Notes under the pieces: model-generated
Database searches by the model: none
Told to the model about the DNA's origin: nothing
What the model saw: the letters and a program-made list of their open reading frames with translations, nothing else
Program-made: the position numbers and the translations under genes
Assembly (NCBI RefSeq): GCF_006345805.1
Contig: NW_021826726.1
Location: 1 to 11,989 of the forward strand
Length of the DNA: 11,989 nucleotides
Direction: 5' to 3'
Source of the DNA: Octopus sinensis
Lineage: Eukaryota
Part shown: piece by piece, positions 8,334 to 11,989 of the stretch
Position numbering within the stretch: position 1 is the stretch's first letter
Layout: each line of letters begins with the position of its first letter

Positions 8334-8559
8334 ATACACACACACACACATACACACACACACACACATATAGGTATATACATAGAACATATATAAATAT
8401 ATTCACGCACATCTATGCACAACAACGCATATAACCATTATATAACAGAATCTATGTATGTATGTATGTATCTATCCATCTACCTATATATCTGTATGTA
8501 TGTATATATATGGCAAGTGCATGTACGTATATATATATATATAATATATATATATATAT

Positions 8560-8597
<38 letters not shown>

Positions 8598-8658
8598 AAT
8601 ATATATATATATATATGTGTGTATATACATACATATATATATATATAGTTATGCATAT

Positions 8659-8692
<34 letters not shown>

Positions 8693-8735
8693 GATTATAT
8701 ATAAACGACCATATACATGCATGCATGCATGCATA
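8334..8735. repeat. Compound (CA)n/(TATG)n/(TA)n/(TG)n/(ATGC)n microsatellite region
   Basis: Read directly. Confidence 0.93.
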
Positions 8736-8864
8736 GCATTGGTGAAGAAATATGTCAATAATGGCGTGAAAGTTTTTAAAAACCGTTTAGTGTGCATGAA
8801 ACTCCCACGCCATCCCACGCAAGGCTTTCCTTAATAATGCAATGCGTTACAGAAAAAAACGTGT

Positions 8865-9123
8865 AAACACATGCTTGCGCACACACATATGTATATATAT
8901 GTGTGTATATGTATATATATATTAATATGCATATATATATACATATATATATAGATACATATATATATACATACATATATATATACATATATACATACAT
9001 ATATATATATATACATATATATACATATATATATATACATATTATACATATATATATATACATATATATATACATATATATACATATAATTATACATATA
9101 TATATACATAATATATACATATA

Positions 9124-9158
<35 letters not shown>

Positions 9159-9490
9159 GTATGTATGTATGTATGTATGTATGTATGTATGTATGTATGT
9201 GTGTGTATATAAGGTATGCGAATATATATAAGTATGGATATATATATTCTGATATATATACATATACATTTATGTGTGCTTGTGTGCGTGTGTGTGTGTA
9301 TGTATATGTATATGCACATTCATGTGCAAGCAAAACTCTTTCACAAAATTTTTATATTGACGCGTGGGCTTTCGGTTACATAGTACATATATGCATATAC
9401 ATATACATACATATCTATATATATATATTATATATATATATATATATTATATATATAATATATATATATATATTATATATATATATATAC
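8865..9490. repeat. Compound (TA)n/(TACA)n/(TATG)n microsatellite region
   Basis: Read directly; short unique spacer at about 9325-9385. Confidence 0.95.
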
Positions 9491-9620
9491 ATCAAATAGG
9501 GGGTTCCCGTGATTGCTGCTTCTCTCGTATGCCGGGAAAGAAACAGTTCTCATGATCTGGAATAGGAGAATGAATTATAATGCGAGGAAGGAATATAACA
9601 AACAGGACATGACTAGTTCA

Positions 9621-9623
<3 letters not shown>

Positions 9624-9655
<32 letters not shown>

Positions 9656-9808
9656 ACATACATACATATGATATATAAATAAGCGCCTATGTATGCGCGT
9701 GCTTGTGTATGAGCAAGTGTACAGCTTCTAGTGGAACAATACTAATCAATGCTAAGATGATGCACAGCAGTCTCATGCAATCTCAAAAACGCCTGGATGC
9801 AGATATGC

Positions 9809-9864
<56 letters not shown>

Positions 9865-10044
9865 TAATACAAACATGCACTGGTGCACACGCAAGCACAC
9901 GAATGCATCGCATGCACACTCATTTCACAAACACACTCGCACTCACATATGAAATACAAGTCCCTCTTCACATCTTTTTATCTATCTATCTATTAATCTA
10001 TGTATCTGTCTAATAATCTATCGAATTACCTATATGTATGCATG

Positions 10045-10095
<51 letters not shown>

Positions 10096-10419
10096 CATTT
10101 ATATATATAGTTACACACGTATATGTTTGTGCATATATACATGTATGTGTGTTTGTGGATGGATAAAGAAATATGGATATGTATATATATACAGGTGTGA
10201 ATGTGCGAGTGTGTGTGTGCGTATGTGTGTGTGAGTGCGTGTGCCTGTGTATATGTGTGCGTGTGCTCATGCTCATAGTATAGTGGGCAACAAGATTTCC
10301 TTTACCATAATTTAACAGAATTATATGATAGCAATACAAATTTTGGTTATTACCTTATATTCCCTCTCACTCACTCTCTCTCTCTCCCTCTCCTCATATA
10401 TGCATACATTAATACATAC

Positions 10420-10473
<54 letters not shown>

Positions 10474-10545
10474 TTCTGTATATATATATATGTATATGTA
10501 TATGTATATATCTATGTGTGTTCATATGCGTATGTATATGTATAT
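9624..10545. repeat. Series of (TA)n, (CA)n, (TG)n, (TC)n and (TATC)n microsatellites separated by short unique spacers
   Basis: Read directly; includes an uninterrupted (TA)25 at 9812-9861. Confidence 0.9.
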
Positions 10546-10838
10546 TTGACTTTTGCGATATGCATCCGTATCACATGCCAAAATATGTTATGTTTGAATG
10601 CTATTCTCTGCATTTATTCAAAACACGGGTTGCGTGACTATAGGCGGCTGATACGTTTGTTTATGAAAGAAATTCTTTTTACTTCGCATAAAATTATTGG
10701 CAATCGAGGGAAGAATCTCTTACCATGTTTTTATAAACTGATACTCAAATAATTTATTGCATTGAATACTAATATCATAAATAATATAAATTAATTACTT
10801 GCTTCTTCTGGTTTTAATTTCTTTTTGTCTTTAAACTG

Positions 10839-11299
10839 TTACTCGTTTTAGTCATTAGACTGTGGCCATGCTGGGGCGCCACCTTGACTGATTTTATGTT
10901 GAAAAAATCGATCCCAAATGTTACATATGTTCTAAAGCGTGGTACATATTCTAATGTTCTCTTTTGCCAAATCGCTAAGTTGAGGAGACGTAATCACACC
11001 ACCACCGGTTTTCAAGCGGTGGATGGGACAAACACAGTCACAAAGAAACACGCACACACACACACGCACTGATACAACACACACACACACACACAAACAC
11101 ACACGCGCGCATACGTACGCACACGCGCCCCACACGTACATTCATGTATCCGACAGGCTTTCAGTTTCGATCTACCAAATCCACTCACAAGGTTTCGGTT
11201 ATTGCAGAAGATACTTGCCCAAGTTGCCACGCAGTGGGATTGAACCCAGAACCGTGTGGTTGGAAAGCACACTTCGTACCACACAGCAGCGCCTGTGCC
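10839..11299 (-). mobile_element. Composite tRNA-derived SINE with internal (TG)n microsatellite
   Basis: The minus-strand head (11151-11299) has an A-box-like CTGCTGTGTGG and B-box GGTTCAATCCC (11236-11246) and is homologous to 3719-3875. An internal (CA/CG)n tract spans 11036-11140. The 3' region 10839-11035 ends CCCCAGCATGGCCACAGTCTAATGACTAAAACGAGTAA and matches my recollection of the 3' half of this octopus SINE. The linkage of the two halves rests on recall; no TSD seen. Confidence 0.8.
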
Positions 11300-11356
11300 T
11301 ATGTTTATATTTTTTATTTCTTGAGTTGATCAACTCAGTAAGACTTCCAGAACGAT

Positions 11357-11743
11357 GGATGGAAGCACTCCGTCGGTTACGACGACGAGGGTTCCGGTTG
11401 ATCCGATCAACGGCACAGCCTGCTCGTGAAATTAACGTGTAAGTGGCTGAGCACTCCACAGACACGTGTACCCTTAACGTAGTTCTCGGGGATATTCAGC
11501 GTGACACAGTGAGTGACAAGGCCGGCCCTTTGAAATACACGTACAACAGAAACAGGAAGTAAGAGTGAGAGGAAGTTGTGGTGAAAGAGTACAGCAGGGA
11601 TCACCACCATCCTTGCCGGCGCCTCGTGGACCTATAGGTATTTTCGCTCAATAAACACTCACAACGCCCGGTTTGGGAATCGCAACCGCGATCCTACGAC
11701 CGCGAGTCCGCTGCCCTAACCTCTGGGCCATTACGCCTCCTCT
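11357..11743 (-). mobile_element. Full-length ~387-bp tRNA-derived SINE with 12-bp target-site duplication
   Basis: Perfect direct repeat TTCCAGAACGAT at 11345-11356 and 11744-11755. The minus-strand head reads GGAGGCGTAATGGCCCAGAGGTTAGGGCAGCGGACTCGCGGTCG, with A-box-like TGGCCCAGAGG (11720-11730) and B-box-like GGTTGCGATTCCC (11675-11687). Consistent with the octopus OK/OR1-type tRNA SINE class; exact family not confirmed. Confidence 0.93.
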
Positions 11744-11806
11744 TTCCAGAACGATACTGCAAAAATGACTGCTAAGCAATCATTCACCACCCACAGTAAC
11801 ATTTAG

Positions 11807-11851
11807 CCAGCGTGATTCGAGGAGAAGAAACATCTCTATCATCTTTGTTTG
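11807..11851 (+). CDS. Candidate 45-nt exon (SVIRGEETSLSSLF in the phase-1 frame), product unknown
   Basis: CATTTAG| acceptor and TTG|GTACGT donor, followed by a 136-nt putative intron that ends in a long pyrimidine tract plus CAG. Confidence 0.2.
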
Positions 11852-11879
11852 GTACGTTGAAATGGTAAACTAATCTCTT

Positions 11880-11987
11880 TCGTACTATAACTTCATCTTC
11901 CTTCATCTTTATTTTGCGTCTACACTTCTTCCTCTTCTTCCCACTTCTTCCCTTCTCTTCCCCTTCGAAATTCTTCATCCACTCCAG
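11880..11987 (+). other. Long polypyrimidine tract ending in CAG: candidate 3' splice site at the window edge
   Basis: CTTCTTCC-rich tract followed by ...CCACTCCAG|TG (CAG at 11985-11987). Confidence 0.4.
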
Positions 11988-11989
11988 TG

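Noticed and set aside
2651-10549. Dozens of ORFs with [14 protein letters not shown], poly-C/Y/L/T repeats
   Set aside because: They are translations of (TA)n, (CA)n, (TACA)n and trinucleotide microsatellites, which lack stop codons in several frames.
11784-11978. Minus-strand lysine/glutamate-rich 64-aa ORF
   Set aside because: It is explained by reading the polypyrimidine tract antisense; low complexity and no recognisable domain.

Overview
Eukaryotic, AT-rich, intronic or intergenic DNA. The SINE families and the density of (TA)n/(TACA)n/(CA)n microsatellites point to an octopus (cephalopod) genome; this is inferred from recalled repeat families, not from a search. Roughly a third of the window is simple repeat, and nearly all ORFs in the supplied track (YI/HT/MYVC repeats) are translations of microsatellites. 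Supported elements are four tRNA-headed SINE copies (one full-length with a perfect 12-bp target-site duplication, one a composite carrying an internal microsatellite), a decayed fifth SINE, a probable Penelope-like retroelement end with a degenerate minimal hammerhead ribozyme core, a solo hAT/Charlie-like transposon end, and two inverted copies of a short dispersed repeat. No complete gene is visible. A few short GT-AG-bounded candidate exons may belong to a plus-strand host gene. I see no evidence for a multi-gene novel system. The best leads are the hammerhead-like motifs, a cluster of five GCGTGGG sites in 2 kb, the phase-compatible candidate exons, and several perfect hairpins.
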